Origin: Octopus bimaculoides
Lineage: Eukaryota
DNA: 33,369 nucleotides
Assembly: GCF_001194135.2 (NCBI RefSeq)
Contig: NC_068984.1
Location: 134,943,802 to 134,977,170 of the forward strand
Direction: 5' to 3'
Shown here: positions 1 to 12,734 of the stretch, one piece after another
Position numbering within the stretch: the first letter of the stretch is position 1
Layout of the letters: every line of letters begins with the position of its first letter
Position numbers and translations under genes: made by a program
Notes under the pieces: model-generated
Databases searched by the model: none
What the model was told of the DNA's origin: nothing
What the model saw: only the letters and a program-made list of their open reading frames with translations

Positions 1-230
1 AGTAGGTGTCTTAGGTATAATAAAAAAATATTCAGACAAATACATAACAAAAACACCAGGACTTACAAATATATATAACATACAGAAAATTGCACTACTG
101 GGTACTGCACACATTCTACGCAAAACACTTTCAATACAGTAAACATAAGAGCACCACAGCAAACCACAGCACATACCCAAGGCGCACAGAGCTGCGCTCG
201 GTAGTGAAGTGAAAGCACGTTATAAAAATA
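1..230 (+). mobile_element. 3' end of an R4/Dong-like RLE non-LTR retrotransposon (ORF C-terminus plus 3'UTR) ending in (AAT)n
   Basis: Frame from base 2 reads VGVLGIIKKYSDKYITKTPGLTNIYNIQKIALLGTAHILRKTLSIQ* (TAA 140-142), the GxLG...QKxxLLGTAHILRK tail typical of R4/Dong ORFs. 3'UTR hairpin GCGCA-CAGAGC-TGCGC at 182-197. Followed directly by (AAT)n. Confidence 0.85.
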
Positions 231-235
231 ATAAT

Positions 236-270
<35 letters not shown>

Positions 271-317
271 GGATAGTAATAATAATAATAATAATAATGA
301 CGATGATGATGATGATG

Positions 318-375
<58 letters not shown>

Positions 376-400
376 TAATAGTAATAATAATAATAATATT
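229..400. repeat. (AAT)n/(GAT)n microsatellite
   Basis: Direct reading of the sequence. Confidence 0.98.
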
Positions 401-610
401 AAGGACATCGATATGGAATTTGAGATTACCAAATGCTCAGTACTTAATATGAAAAGAGGTAAGAAAGCATCCTGCAGAAGATTGGGGTTTCCATCAGGAA
501 AGACCATGCGTGAACGCTACGGTAGTGGGTATAGATAATTAAGGATTTTGGAGCTGTATGACAGAGGAATGAAAGTCAAGGTCAGTGAGGCGTATCACAA
601 AAGGCTACAA
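400..610 (+). mobile_element. Decayed R4/Dong-like reverse transcriptase fragment (late RT domains)
   Basis: KDIDMEFEITKCSVLNMKRGK...GSGYR*LRILE resembles the DIGMEFGxxKCAVLxMKRGK...YKYLGILE segment of R4-clade RTs; in-frame stop present. Confidence 0.75.
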
Positions 611-782
611 TGGCCGACTGAGGAAATACCGTTTCTAACAGATATTTCCTCAGCCGCCCATTGTAGCCTTTAGACGGAATGAGGATATAAGAGAATTATT
701 AACCTCTATATCTTACTCCAAGAAAACGAACATTGGATTATCTGCACGCTGTACCTTAAAGCAGAGCCGCAAGAGAGCTATA

Positions 783-905
783 GTCTGACTTTCGTTTTCA
801 TCCTTTCGGGGTCGATAAAATAAGTACTAGTGGTTTACTGGAGTCGATTACATCGACTATCTCCCTTCCAAAATGTTCAGGCCTTGTGCCTAGAGTAGAA
901 ACGAT
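783..905 (+). mobile_element. tRNA-derived SINE family A, 3' half
   Basis: TTTCATCCTTTCGGGGTCGATAAAATAAGTAC...GTCGATTACATCGAC matches the copies at 8365-8580 and 26791-26959. Confidence 0.85.
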
Positions 906-906
906 A

Positions 907-1072
<166 letters not shown>

Positions 1073-1394
1073 TTGTTTTTGTTTGGATTATTTCTAACAT
1101 AGACACAGATCCATAGTCGACTAAGGAAACCCTGTACAGGACTGTTAAAAAATAGTATTGAAAAGAGATATTTGAACGTAGATAGTGAAGGGCCGAAACC
1201 AGACACAACGAGTTAATTCGATTTCCACCGTCCAAATGATTTCCGACATTGGTATATGGCTTCAACATAATCTAATCGACCTGACACTTGACTGTTTCTG
1301 AGAGGCAAAACATCAATGTATGCAAGGTTTTAATTCAAAACACATTACGTCGGCTGCTTTAGCGTCTCTAATAGCAACCACTTTGTACACTCAC

Positions 1395-1435
<41 letters not shown>

Positions 1436-4400
1436 TAATGATATTAATAATATAAGCAGTAAGCGAAGAAGAGGAAAGCAACGTAGTATTTGAAGAAGGG
1501 AGAGAAACGAGAGAAGCTTGTGAAGAACATAATGTTTGTTATTATCAGAGAAGTTTTGTCTTTTGTCTCTATTTAGGTGAATATATTCTGATTCCTATTC
1601 AGCAATAAATGCTAAATTTGTGTAGATTCGTTGATAATAATTGTTGAAATGGGTTTCGCTGTAGGATGCATTTTAAAATTCTGAATTGATGTTTGTAATT
1701 TTCTGGAGGAAAGAGCAAATACTTTAGAAAATGAATACTTAAAAGGTAGTAATTAAATAATGGGTAAGTAGTTTGTGTTTCAAGACGTACATAGAACAAA
1801 TGTTGAGGACGTTGAAGGGAACATTCATGTTTATTTAGATCTACGTCGTGATAAATTAACAATTTTAAAGTACACAAATATGCCATAACAATTATAAAAT
1901 GGATGAATATTTAACCACATACGTACATGATTGTTTGAATGTTTGGAGAGGATATTCAAGTGAAATGCCATACTCTGCTCTTCTAATTATAATTATTTCG
2001 AAGAAAAGTGTAGATTTATTTATATTTATTCCAGTGTGTAACTGAAAAATAATATTAACTGGAAAGGGAATATTTCTTACTTCATGAATGAAATAAAACA
2101 CTTAGTATTCTATTTATAATGCTTTGTTTTCAGTGAGTGGTTATTATTATGGATTTAACTGGAAAATCTAAACAAAATCGGCTCCGGTTTTTAGAATAAG
2201 TATTTATATTTCACTTAGCTGTATTTGGTTTTTAAACTTAACGCAATCATCATAGCTGAAAACCCATGAATGTTGGAATTAATAAAGGAGTATTTAATCG
2301 ACTGATTGTATTAGTTGGAGTAGGAGCGAAATATTCATCAAATCTGCCTTAGTATCTTAAAAGAATCTTGTAGTGTGTAGTGTTTTCTTAAATTTAAAGT
2401 CCCTGAAACGAAATCGGGATGGTCAGAGAAGAAAATTGTTTGATCAAATATTTGCTAATATCTGGTCAATAAGAAATAAAGGAATACAAAGCAACAAGGG
2501 CAACAATCTTTTCTCTAAAATATCAAATTAAAATATAAAGTTAAAAGAATCTAGCAGTGATATGCAATAGAAAAATCTGTATACTGAAGTTTGTATAAGG
2601 AAGATAATACTAACTTGCGGATCATGTCTACTGAGATTCAATCACTCATTGAATCACACACATCACAAAATAGGAAATGAATATATGCATGCATAGATGC
2701 GTCTATACGTAAGTTAGATGTTTTAATGTTAGAAAAAAAAAACCTTTGATATCACAGTGACATCATTAATATACTTATATTAAGAGAGATGAAAAACAAA
2801 CTCGTCCGCATTTTGTGTATCACTAAAAACGACACTAACAGGAGAGAGTAGAACATTAGAAAATACTTCGTTATTTATTCAAATGTTCATAATTGCATCG
2901 TGGCTGAATTTATTTTTATATTTCAAAATACAAAATTATAATTAATCCAAAACATTGCGAATCTTAGGTGCAACATATTTTCTAGAATTAGTTGATAATT
3001 GGAAGATTAAGTGAAACCCAAGAAGTTAATAGTTTTCTGAAAATTGATTCTTCCGTATTAATTAATAGCTGTCAGGCATGGTCTGCAGTTAAATATATTT
3101 GGTTGGGAGGTAAAATTTAATAGAGATTATAATGCAATACCAAATACTCTGATATGGTGAAAACTATATCGTATTATATCATGAGCACTAAATACAACGG
3201 AAATAGTAACCTTTTCGCACCTCTAAATTTCTGAAGATTTTAGTTGCTTAATTGTAAGAAAGGGTTTCAAGCCGGAAAAATGGCAGTACATGGGCATATA
3301 TTTCTAAGGCATATATTTCCGGCAGCTCAGCACGAATTTTGTTCACGTACATTGTTGCCACATCTTAAATAAGAATATTCATAACAAAAACTCCCCCGAA
3401 ACAATTTGATTTACAATCAGTTTTTGTATTTTCTCTATCTCTCACTCTATTTCTCTTTCTATTTTGAATTTGTGCTACAGCGTTTTCGTTTCATCTGAAC
3501 ATTCTGACTGTCTATCATATAAACTAGATTTTTAACTACTTCTATTTTTCCTGATCTTGAATCCCTCACTACTTTCTTTGTCCAACAATCAGTTTTACAT
3601 TATACTCCACATCAAAGACTAAACTACAAAAGACATCGTAGAAAAGTCATAAACATAGTTCTTCCAGCTCTTAATAAAATAATGTAAAATAATAACAATA
3701 TATCAGATATTGCTTTCACTTTTCCTCCAAAGTGTTTTTTAAAAAAATATTTCACTGTACAAATCTACAGATTCCGACTGAGTAATAATGTAAAATATCC
3801 GCTAGGAAGACTGTCTTTTCGTAAATAGTTGAAAGGTCGTAAAAATATATAACAAAAATTACATAGCCTGTCCAATGCACATCTTAGATCACTCATTACA
3901 ACAATAACTTCTGAGGTTAACTAACAACGACATATATATCCATATTGGCTAAAGGCATAATTGTTTCACAATAACATCTTCAATGACAATAATCAAGTAC
4001 AGGCTAATAATGGTGATGATATTTATGGAGATAAGTAGTACAATATTTATTATGAAAAGACACAACGATGAGCTGGCAACAAATGCCGACTTTAAACCAC
4101 AGTTGTGAGAACTAGTTAATCGACAGAAGCAGTGTAGAAAACCATAGTATATTAACACACATACATACACACACTCTTATATATATATATATATATGCGT
4201 GCTTAAAACCACATCGTTGGACAAATATGCATGGCAGTATTTAAATATTCAGTTACGTCGAAGTATATACATTTATGTATAAAATAATGTGATACATTCA
4301 ATAAATATAGATCGGTAGATTAAATACTAGAGAAAGTATTAGGTCCAATTTAATCACTGAAATTATTGCCAGCAACTCCAGCATGGTCGCGGTCTCATAA

Positions 4401-4737
4401 ACGAGAGCAGTAAAAGTATCAGAAAATAAAAATAGGCTATAATTTCTCTACAAAATTTCTGCATATAGAATTATCCATAAACTCTTATTTCAAGATTTAA
4501 GACGAGAGGATATACATACCCATATACGTACGTACACACATGTAAATATCTATTTCATGTCTATCCAAATATATTCATATCTACATAAAATGATACACAC
4601 ACATACACACTTACATTTACATCAGAATATATGTCTATATATATATGCATANNNNNNNNNNNNNNNNNNNNNNNNNNNNNNNNNNNNNNNNNNNNNNNNN
4701 NNNNNNNNNNNNNNNNNNNNNNNNNNNNNNNNNNNNN

Positions 4738-4770
<33 letters not shown>

Positions 4771-5131
4771 ATATGTATATATGTTATAGTGTTATTTAAA
4801 GTGACTGTTAAGTTATCTGAAGGACAATGTTCCAAGAGCATTTATTTTGATGACTTTTATATAGATGAGCACTATTACATTAGAATATTCTTTTCTGTCG
4901 AAATCAGCTTCTCAATTTTTATTGAAGTCGTTTTCTCATGGAATCGTATTATGTTATTTTTATTATGTTCTCATACAATTGGTGAACAATAGCTTTATTG
5001 GTTACAGGTTTTCAGCAGACCAACAATAGCTTCATAGCATTTCTGACAGTAGAGTTGCATTAGATATATCACAAATGACTTAGTTCCTAAAGCACAGTTT
5101 ATATCAGTTTTCAGTTTCGTATTTATATCGT

Positions 5132-5147
5132 TCAGAGATATACGCCA
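5132..5147 (-). CDS. Candidate terminal coding exon (P/GVYL*) of the minus-strand host gene, with AATAAA at 4994-4999
   Basis: Acceptor gtttatcttgcag| at 5148. Its phase-2 reading T GGC GTA TAT CTC TGA matches the phase-2 donor at 5392. Poly(A) signal about 135 nt after the stop. Confidence 0.25.
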
Positions 5148-5392
5148 CTGCAAGATAAACACATTCATGCATACACAAATACACACACACATATGTATGT
5201 GAATATATATGTGTGTGTATGAGTATCTAATAAGAAAATAACAAGATTTATTCACATCTGTTTAAGGTTTCACAGCAAAACGAATAAAAGCTGTAGTTTA
5301 ACTACATAGAATGTATCTTAGATTTTTTTTAAACACCTTGTTTTGTCCATCATTATTCATTAAACTTTTAACAACACCAGCGGAAAACTTAC

Positions 5393-5613
5393 GGTGTCCA
5401 ACTTATTTTAGTTGCTGCAGCAATAACTAGCAACGCCTGCGTCTTCGTGAGCAGTTCAAAGTTGAATGATAAGTACGGTTTTCGAATGAGTGGCCCGTTC
5501 AGCAAACCATGAAACGTATCAAGGCAAGTATCTCCATTTTTCTTTTTACGAAGAACAGAACGAGGCGTATTCGCTTCTACTATAAACTCAATGCAAACGA
5601 CGTAAAAACGGCA
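5393..5613 (-). CDS. Candidate internal coding exon, unidentified product (CRFYVVCIEF...KISWTP)
   Basis: 221 nt, open in one frame only at its 3' end; acceptor ttttcatccactctgtatatacag| and strong donor CC|gtaagt. No family recognised. Confidence 0.3.
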
Positions 5614-5622
5614 CTGTATATA

Positions 5623-6175
5623 CAGAGTGGATGAAAAGTAAATAGGCATTTAAAATTGGTAATAAAATCCATATTCCTTTAACAAATTCATTGAAACAAA
5701 TTATTCATGTTCTATATTACATGAGAAAATGAATGTAAATCTCCATATTTTAACGTAAGCAACGGTGGCATCAAACCAATTTCCACAAACGGCCAGAGAT
5801 GGAGTGAACAACCTTCTGAAGGAAGTCTTTTGCGATATCATTGAAAACCTCCTGAATCCGTGTCTCTAAGTCCACCAGTGTACGAGGTTTTGTCTTGTAC
5901 ACCTCTTCTCTTTTGTAACCTCTCAGGTAAAAGTTACATGAGATATGACTTGGACTTCTGCGGTCACAGTCTTCAGGTTTTAGATCCTGCACGTAAAAAG
6001 GTTTTCCACGGACGAAAATTCAATTCTTTATTCAACACGTACGTATTGTGTCTTGTTAGTACACTTTCACACGAGCTACTTGGCTTGTTGTCTTTTGCGG
6101 GCTGCGATTAAACATTTCCTGCACTGTTGCCACGTCCTCCGATGATTGGGATGTGGTTGGACGGTCATTTCTTCT
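5623..6175 (-). mobile_element. Internally deleted Tc1/mariner transposase pseudogene
   Basis: Minus frames give the HTH segment SEDVATVQEMFNRSPQKTTSQVARES...LNFRPWK, then VQDLKPEDCDRR joined directly to SPSHISCNFYLRGYKREEVYKTKPRTLVDLETRI (SPDLxPCDFYLWG-like). TA followed by CAGAGTGG TIR-like start at 5621-5630. Confidence 0.85.
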
Positions 6176-6178
6176 CGC

Positions 6179-6210
<32 letters not shown>

Positions 6211-6224
6211 GTATGTATATAGAT

Positions 6225-6385
6225 ATAGTGGAAATTTATAGAAAAGCGAAAGACGAAGACAGGTCTATAAACAACAAGCAAGTGTATTAGTCTGACGCTC
6301 GGGAAAATGAAAAAGTACTTTACGTTTCGAGCTGGCGCTCTGCGACAGGAGGGAATAAGAGAAAATAAACAGAGAGAGAGAAAAA
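6225..6385 (-). mobile_element. Short repeat unit with a degenerate hammerhead-like motif (Penelope terminal-repeat-like)
   Basis: Minus strand CTGTCGCA-GAGC-GCCA-GCTC-GAAAC-GTA (6321-6348): stem II and GAAAC-GTA intact, CUGAUGA core mutated. Confidence 0.45.
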
Positions 6386-6847
6386 AAAAACATTTATGCA
6401 TGTATGTATGCATGTTTAGCGAGAGCACCTGCACGTTCAAAGGAATCGAAGCTTTTTTTTAGTCTGTGTTGAATGATATTGTTTGAGGGCTATTTATGGG
6501 GGACAGTGTTTGTAGCTAAAATCTAGCAGCAGATTTTTAAGGATGAATGAAAGTTGGTATCGTTATGTGTGTGTAAGATGACACCATGTTGTCCTCTAAT
6601 ATCGAGAGGAAGACCTTGAGGGGACGCATCTGGGCATTTGGTATCTACTATAGCCAATAGCTTCTGTGAACGGAAGTAAACGCCAACGCACATAGAAATT
6701 TATCTGAATAGAAACATTTGACAAGGAAGTGAGATATGTGGAGAGCACTGTGTGACAATGAAGTCATGATATATTCTTAAGGCACAGAAATTTGAATACA
6801 TTATTGATGTCAAATGTAATAACATCGACAGCGCTGAAATTGTCAAG

Positions 6848-6849
<2 letters not shown>

Positions 6850-6900
<51 letters not shown>
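6850..6900. repeat. (GA)n microsatellite
   Basis: Direct reading of the sequence. Confidence 0.98.
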
Positions 6901-6905
<5 letters not shown>

Positions 6906-8364
6906 ACTCTTCAACAACGCAACTTGTTCATAGTTACTTGTCCCACAACAACAGCGGTGTTGCTTATTGACGGGGAATGAAAAGAGAAACCCAGTGAGAT
7001 GAACGAGATCGTTGTTTGTGATTTAATTGTTACATTTGTGACGTTTGAATTAACAGTGTTTAGTTGCCAGACGGAAGACGCAAAGAGTATGCAATTCTTG
7101 GAAATGGCAGATATAAATCATGTTTATTTAGGCTGAGATGTATATCCGTAGAAAAAAAAAATACTGAACCAGTTAGCGAAGATGGAAAATAATACTGAAG
7201 GGCATTATTTGGAGTTAATCGTTGAGATAGTACAACCACTTGTCGTTTTCTTTGGATTTGATGTGTAAGAAAGTTGTTGCCGACCACAAGAAACTTTGGC
7301 ATTTTAAAAATAATACACCTATTTCTTTTTAAAAAAAGTAAATCCTATATCAAAAATGTAATTAAAATATGGTCTATATCGGAAACACAAAAAGCTATAA
7401 TTATATAACGTTCCCTTCTGCCTCAATTATTTTCCCACTTATAAAACCTTGAATATCCATTCAATAATATATCGCTAAGCTTATTTATTTAAATACCGAA
7501 AATGTTTAATACCATAGGCATAGATAGATTATTATTTCATACATAATGACAAATCAATTTCACACTTATTACAATATAATTTGCTATTCATCAGAAACAA
7601 AGAAATAGCTAGAAATTATTTCATAATGAAATCATATACAGACACACCAAGAGGGCCAATTTGTGGCAATATATAATAGTTATATGAAATTGATGTCAAA
7701 GAAGAAATATATCGGAAGCGACTCCACTATTGCCAATGCAGGAAGTCATATGAAAAGGCAACGAAGCTACATATTAAATTTGTCTGCAACGCCCATGACA
7801 AAACTTATTCACTCAATTATTCTAATTTTCAGCATATGCAACTATAACTGATTTGAGATATGGCAACACCGAACTCTAGTATAGAAACAGTTTATTTTAG
7901 GTAGCATTTGACACCAGACATTTGTAGAAAATAATATTTATTACTATTGTCTATAATAAATAGTTGAAATATCGTGGACCAGAAGTAAATTAAGACTATA
8001 GAGTGATGCCAATTTTCTGTAAGATCACAGTTTCGGATACCCCAAAACACTAGAGGAAAAAGTTATGAAGTATCAAACCGTGTATTTCCATTGCACACAT
8101 GTTTTCTCCCATCTAAGGAGGAGAACCTTATAAATAGAATAAGGGTAACTGATTAAATCATTTGGTAGTCAATAGTTAATGCTACTTATTAGAACTCCGA
8201 AGAGTTTAAAGAGTTCTTTGCCTATCCAGAGATAAAATCTGATAATGCAAACAAACTGATCGAAGACATTTCAGTATCATTCCTTTTTTAAGACTCTAGA
8301 TTTTAAGTTCAATGGAATTCATATATTGTAATTAGATAGTATATCTAAGCGGGTTATAATGGGT

Positions 8365-8580
8365 AATATGTCTTCAAATATAGGCACAAAAGCTGAAATA
8401 CGGGGGAGAGGTATAGTCGATTACATCGACACCAGTACTCAACTGGTACTTAATTTATCAACCCCGAAGGGAGGAAAACAAAAGTCGACCACGGCGGAAT
8501 TTCAAATCAGAACGTGTAGACGGACGAAATAACGCTAAGAATTTTGCCCGGCGTGCTAAAGATTCTGCCAGCTCACCGCC
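8365..8580 (-). mobile_element. Near full-length tRNA-derived SINE family A
   Basis: Minus strand GGCGGTGAGCTGGCAGAATC (A-box-like)...TCTGATTTGAAATTCCGCCG (B-box-like)...GATAAATTAAGTACCAG...GTCGATGTAATCGAC; several homologous copies in the window. Confidence 0.9.
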
Positions 8581-9328
8581 TTGTTATATTGATAATATTA
8601 ATGTATTTCTACTGTGGCTGCGAATGATCAGTGGCTGCTTTTGTGGTGTAGAAAGAAAGACTAGATGTAGAACAATATATATTTCCTTACGATACTAATT
8701 TTAATTTCTCCACATGTAAATTTTAGTAAAACTACAGTGTTCCTCACATATGGCAGGTTACTTTAGAAGCATACATTGCCCTCATGGATTGGTTAATATC
8801 AGATAATATGACATACATGCAATAATTATAATATAACTTAATTGAAATCTCCTGGCGCTTATGCAGGATGCGGAAATCATTACACTTTTCCAAAAAAAGA
8901 AATATTTATTACTTTGAATATAAGGTGTGTGTATGTATGTATATATGTAGACCGGTGTGAATGTATTTATATTAATGTTTGTTTTCGTGTGCATATTTTG
9001 GGGTAGTTATATTCGTACACACACAAACAACCATATTTCTGAGAGTAGGTGTATTTATTCTCACTTTATTAAATACGAACATATTTCTCCCTTTATATTT
9101 CGTAGAAACATTTTTCTTTTTAATTATATATTTATTTGTCGCAAAAATTTTTGGCTTTATAGAAACGAATATAGAACTTGCTTTACACTTCGAACCGTTA
9201 AAATACCTTTGTAATTGATCATTCTTGTCTTTATTACTCTGGATATATGATATGCCTTAATTTCTTACATAACATATTTATAATTGACTGCCTTCTCTCG
9301 TTTATCTCCACACCTATCACCTTCTCAT

Positions 9329-9360
<32 letters not shown>

Positions 9361-10592
9361 ACTGTGATTCTAAAAATGACCTGCTTCCCTTACATTCTGC
9401 CTCACAACCATCTTTCTCTTTCTGTCTCTGCCTTGTTTTACAAATTTATTTCTACTATAGTTTTTACGTTTTGTTTCCAGATCCGAGTAGCTACGTTTTC
9501 ATTCTCCCCTCATTATCTAGAATATCATTTACACCTCCTTCTCTGTTTCTATGATTATTCCTCTATCACTGTGTTGTATGTACAGCATTCTTTACTCTTT
9601 GACTGCCATTAAACTAAATTGGTGCACTCATACTGCACCGCTTATGTTAACTCTCTTTGTATCTCTACTTTACTTTCTCTCCTCCTCTCAATATAATGTA
9701 CATCGCGACTAGAAAAATCTGTAAATCAACCACCGTTTATATCGGCTATTGTGTAAATAATATGGTCGATTCAATTTAGATCCAAGAGGTCTATGATCAA
9801 AAGCGTTCCAAAAACGTGGTCATCGTTCCTTTTTTATGTTTCATAATATTTAAGCCTTAGGCCGACGTATTTGAGAGAAATTCTTTTAGCCGATTACATC
9901 GATCAAGTATTTGACAGGCATTATTATTTCAGACAAATTTAACCTAGGAGAGACTAGAGATCAGAATATCAGTATAAGATGACGCCACTAAATACCACAA
10001 AACGTTTACAACAATACCAAACAATGCAAGATTGTATTGGGCCGCGTTCGGGTTTCGATAAGTCACATAAATGACGAAACATCAATGTCAATCGCTCCTG
10101 TATGAGACATAAAGCGAGTTACCTCCCTTGTCTGTGACTGACTTCCTGGTATTTTAAAACCAGGCGCATTCATGAGAATATATTCTCTAACGACTAAGAG
10201 CACAGCCTACACACGTACTCGAAAAACATAGATCTTGTGTATGTTCGTTCGATATTGTTCATATCCATCAAGCAGCTTCTAATTCATATTTGAACAAAGC
10301 ATTATTTGCATAGCTGTAACGATTCTATAAGTTTATCAATTTGTGTCTATATTATAAAAAATAGAACCGAATAAGTTCATTATACAGTGATATTTTGATT
10401 AGACGTGAGATTTAACTTCTATATCTAGCAGGCTAAAGGGTTTCGTGGAAGCTCATTGCTGCCTGTTCTCATACATTATTATTATACGTGATTGATCGCA
10501 GTAAAAGCTCTATTACTAATATATTTAAATCAATGCACACAATTGTTATTTCCAATACTGTCAAAATCAACTTGCTTTTTTCGCTCTTGCAG

Positions 10593-10626
10593 GTGATGTT
10601 AAACTAGGTAAACACAATAAGCTCAG
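10593..10626 (+). other. Candidate 34-nt plus-strand exon (strong splice signals, coding status unknown)
   Basis: Acceptor ttgcttttttcgctcttgcag| and donor CAG|gtgggt; the only open frame is (G)DVKLGKHNKL. Confidence 0.25.
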
Positions 10627-10684
10627 GTGGGTGTAATCTAATATAATCCTCCCCTGCATCGATTAGCCTTGAGTTAAACGAAGT

Positions 10685-10794
10685 ATGCATACACATTATG
10701 TACATATATATTCATACACATACAGATATACACTCACACACATACACACACACATATATATTTATATATGTATGTATGCATGTATGTATGTATG

Positions 10795-10854
<60 letters not shown>

Positions 10855-11100
10855 TATACGTATACATATATATATGTATATATAATATTTAGATATTTAC
10901 TGATTTGTATGTATATATATATATATATTAATATATATATATGCATGTATGTATGTATCTATGTATTTATATATGTATATGTACTTATAAATATACTTCT
11001 ATATACGTATACATGCGTATACAAACACACACATACACTCACACTCACACATACACTCATACGCACACATACACGCATATACACACATATACACACACAT
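10685..11100. repeat. Compound (CA)n/(TA)n/(TATG)n microsatellite
   Basis: Direct reading of the sequence. Confidence 0.95.
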
Positions 11101-11285
11101 AAGCTAAGACAAATATAAGGTCTCGTTTGTGATTATTATACACATGATGAAATTCAAAGCCGCTCTATCAAGTTAATGATCCATATCAAGAATATGGCTG
11201 AGGGGAAAACACCTCAGTGGAGCTTTCTGCATATTGCATTCAGATGCAATAGCGTCTCTTTTATGTAATACAGTTAGCTGAACAT

Positions 11286-11527
11286 GTTGATTCACTAGGA
11301 TTATTCATGCAATTAAACGATGAAAAAAAAAATCGCTGTTGAGGTGTTTAAAATCAACAGGAACAGCAACTAAGTAAGATAACTTGAATGAAGTGAGTTA
11401 ATTGAAATTTTCGGGGAAACTTTAATCGATAGAGATTGCGCTAGATTTAGTCTTAAGTATCCTGGTCGCAGCAGTTGAGTTGTCTCTGTGTCGTATCACC
11501 AGCGATGCATTTTTACCCTTCTTAGAA
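11286..11527 (+). repeat. Direct repeat, copy 1 (about 240 bp)
   Basis: Collinear with 12735-12969, sharing long identical blocks such as GAGTTAATTGAAATTTTCGGGGAAACTTTAATC and GATTGCGCTAGATTTAGTCTTAAGTATCCTGGTCG. Confidence 0.95.
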
Positions 11528-11543
11528 GCTTAAGTAAAATATA

Positions 11544-11588
<45 letters not shown>

Positions 11589-11705
11589 ATATAATATAAT
11601 ATAAAACACGCACACACACATACACACACACAAGCATACATACAGGGACACAAGAACTTTTATACATATATGAAAAAAATATATATTTATGTACGTATGC
11701 ATGTA

Positions 11706-12556
11706 CAGAGTGTTCGGGTTAAATTTGACAGTTTGCATTAAAGGAAAATCAAGCAGCATATCTTATACCAAAATAAAGGTATGTTAAAAAAATACAAGAA
11801 GTATCCATTAGATTCTGGCTGGGAAATTAAAATTTTCTTTGTGTAGATTAAAATTTGCTCAGCTTCTATCACGTCCACAATGCCTCCGGAATCTAGCGTA
11901 TGCGTTCCTTACTGTATCCCTGAAAAAGTCTTCGAACACCTCCTTGATCTTGGCCACCGGCTCGATGAGCGGTGGGTCTCTTTCTAAACCACGCCCTACA
12001 CATTGAAATGCATGGGATTACAATCGGGCGAATTACAAGGACAAAAATTGGAGCTGGTGAAGTCGTAGAAATTCGCCGACAGCCACTTCTGGCATTTTCC
12101 GGAGGTATGACAAAATACCAAATCCTGTTGTCATACATATAGCCCACCAGCAACAATCCTCTCCAGTCAGAGATTATTTAGTGTCTCCTGTCGAAGGCCT
12201 TGTTCAAAAACGTGGGGATGAAAATCTGCGTACAAACGCATTAGGAATACCTGCTATTACCTTTCTGCATTGCACGAATTCCTAGTCTCCGTTGCAGCAT
12301 CTTAGTGCCTTTGCAGAGTTCACATTGTATTGAGCAGCAACCATGATGTCAGCACTTCAATAAACGTAGCGAATCATCATGATACAGGTAACACTTTTCC
12401 AGTATTTAGAAGGTCCTCTGTTCCCCACATCTGTTAACTTATTTCGATTACAACTTAAATCGTAATGTTTTCCGACGCCGATGACTGTTTTGCGACACAT
12501 CAAGCTGTTTCTGAAAATGGAGGAAAAGTAGCGTCGAATTTAACCCGAAAGCACAT
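11706..12556 (-). mobile_element. Decayed Tc1/mariner element of DD37D (maT-like) type with both TIRs
   Basis: TIR core TTCGGGTTAAATT(T/C)GAC at 11713-11729, inverted at 12533-12549; left end preceded by TA. Minus frame LERIVAGGLYV*QQDLVFCHTSGKCQKWLSANFYDFTSSNFCPCNSPDCNPMHF: 37 residues between the QQD Asp (12122-12124) and the third catalytic position, now His (12008-12010). Confidence 0.88.
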
Positions 12557-12562
12557 TATTTA

Positions 12563-12733
12563 TGAACATACATACATATATACATACATACACACACACA
12601 CACATACATACATACATACATACATACATACATACACATAACTTTTCATACATACATGCATACATACATACATACATACATGCATGCATACACACTCATA
12701 CATGCATACATACATACATACATACACACATAC
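12563..12733. repeat. (TACA)n/(CA)n microsatellite
   Basis: Direct reading of the sequence. Confidence 0.95.
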
Positions 12734-12734
12734 A

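Noticed and set aside
3949-4170. Hydrophobic TM-like minus ORF (also 9247-9612, 14792-15025, 31587-32006)
   Set aside because: T-rich non-coding DNA yields hydrophobic translations; no recognisable domain or coherent splice structure.
10685-11118. [12 protein letters not shown]-type ORFs here and at 12560-12765, 19175-19481, 30663-31520, 32858-33342
   Set aside because: Dinucleotide and tetranucleotide microsatellite translations.
11302-11527. Possible conserved coding frame (with in-frame TGA) shared by the two direct repeats
   Set aside because: Substitutions between copies are not clearly biased to synonymous sites in either orientation, and an indel breaks the frame; no basis for a selenoprotein.
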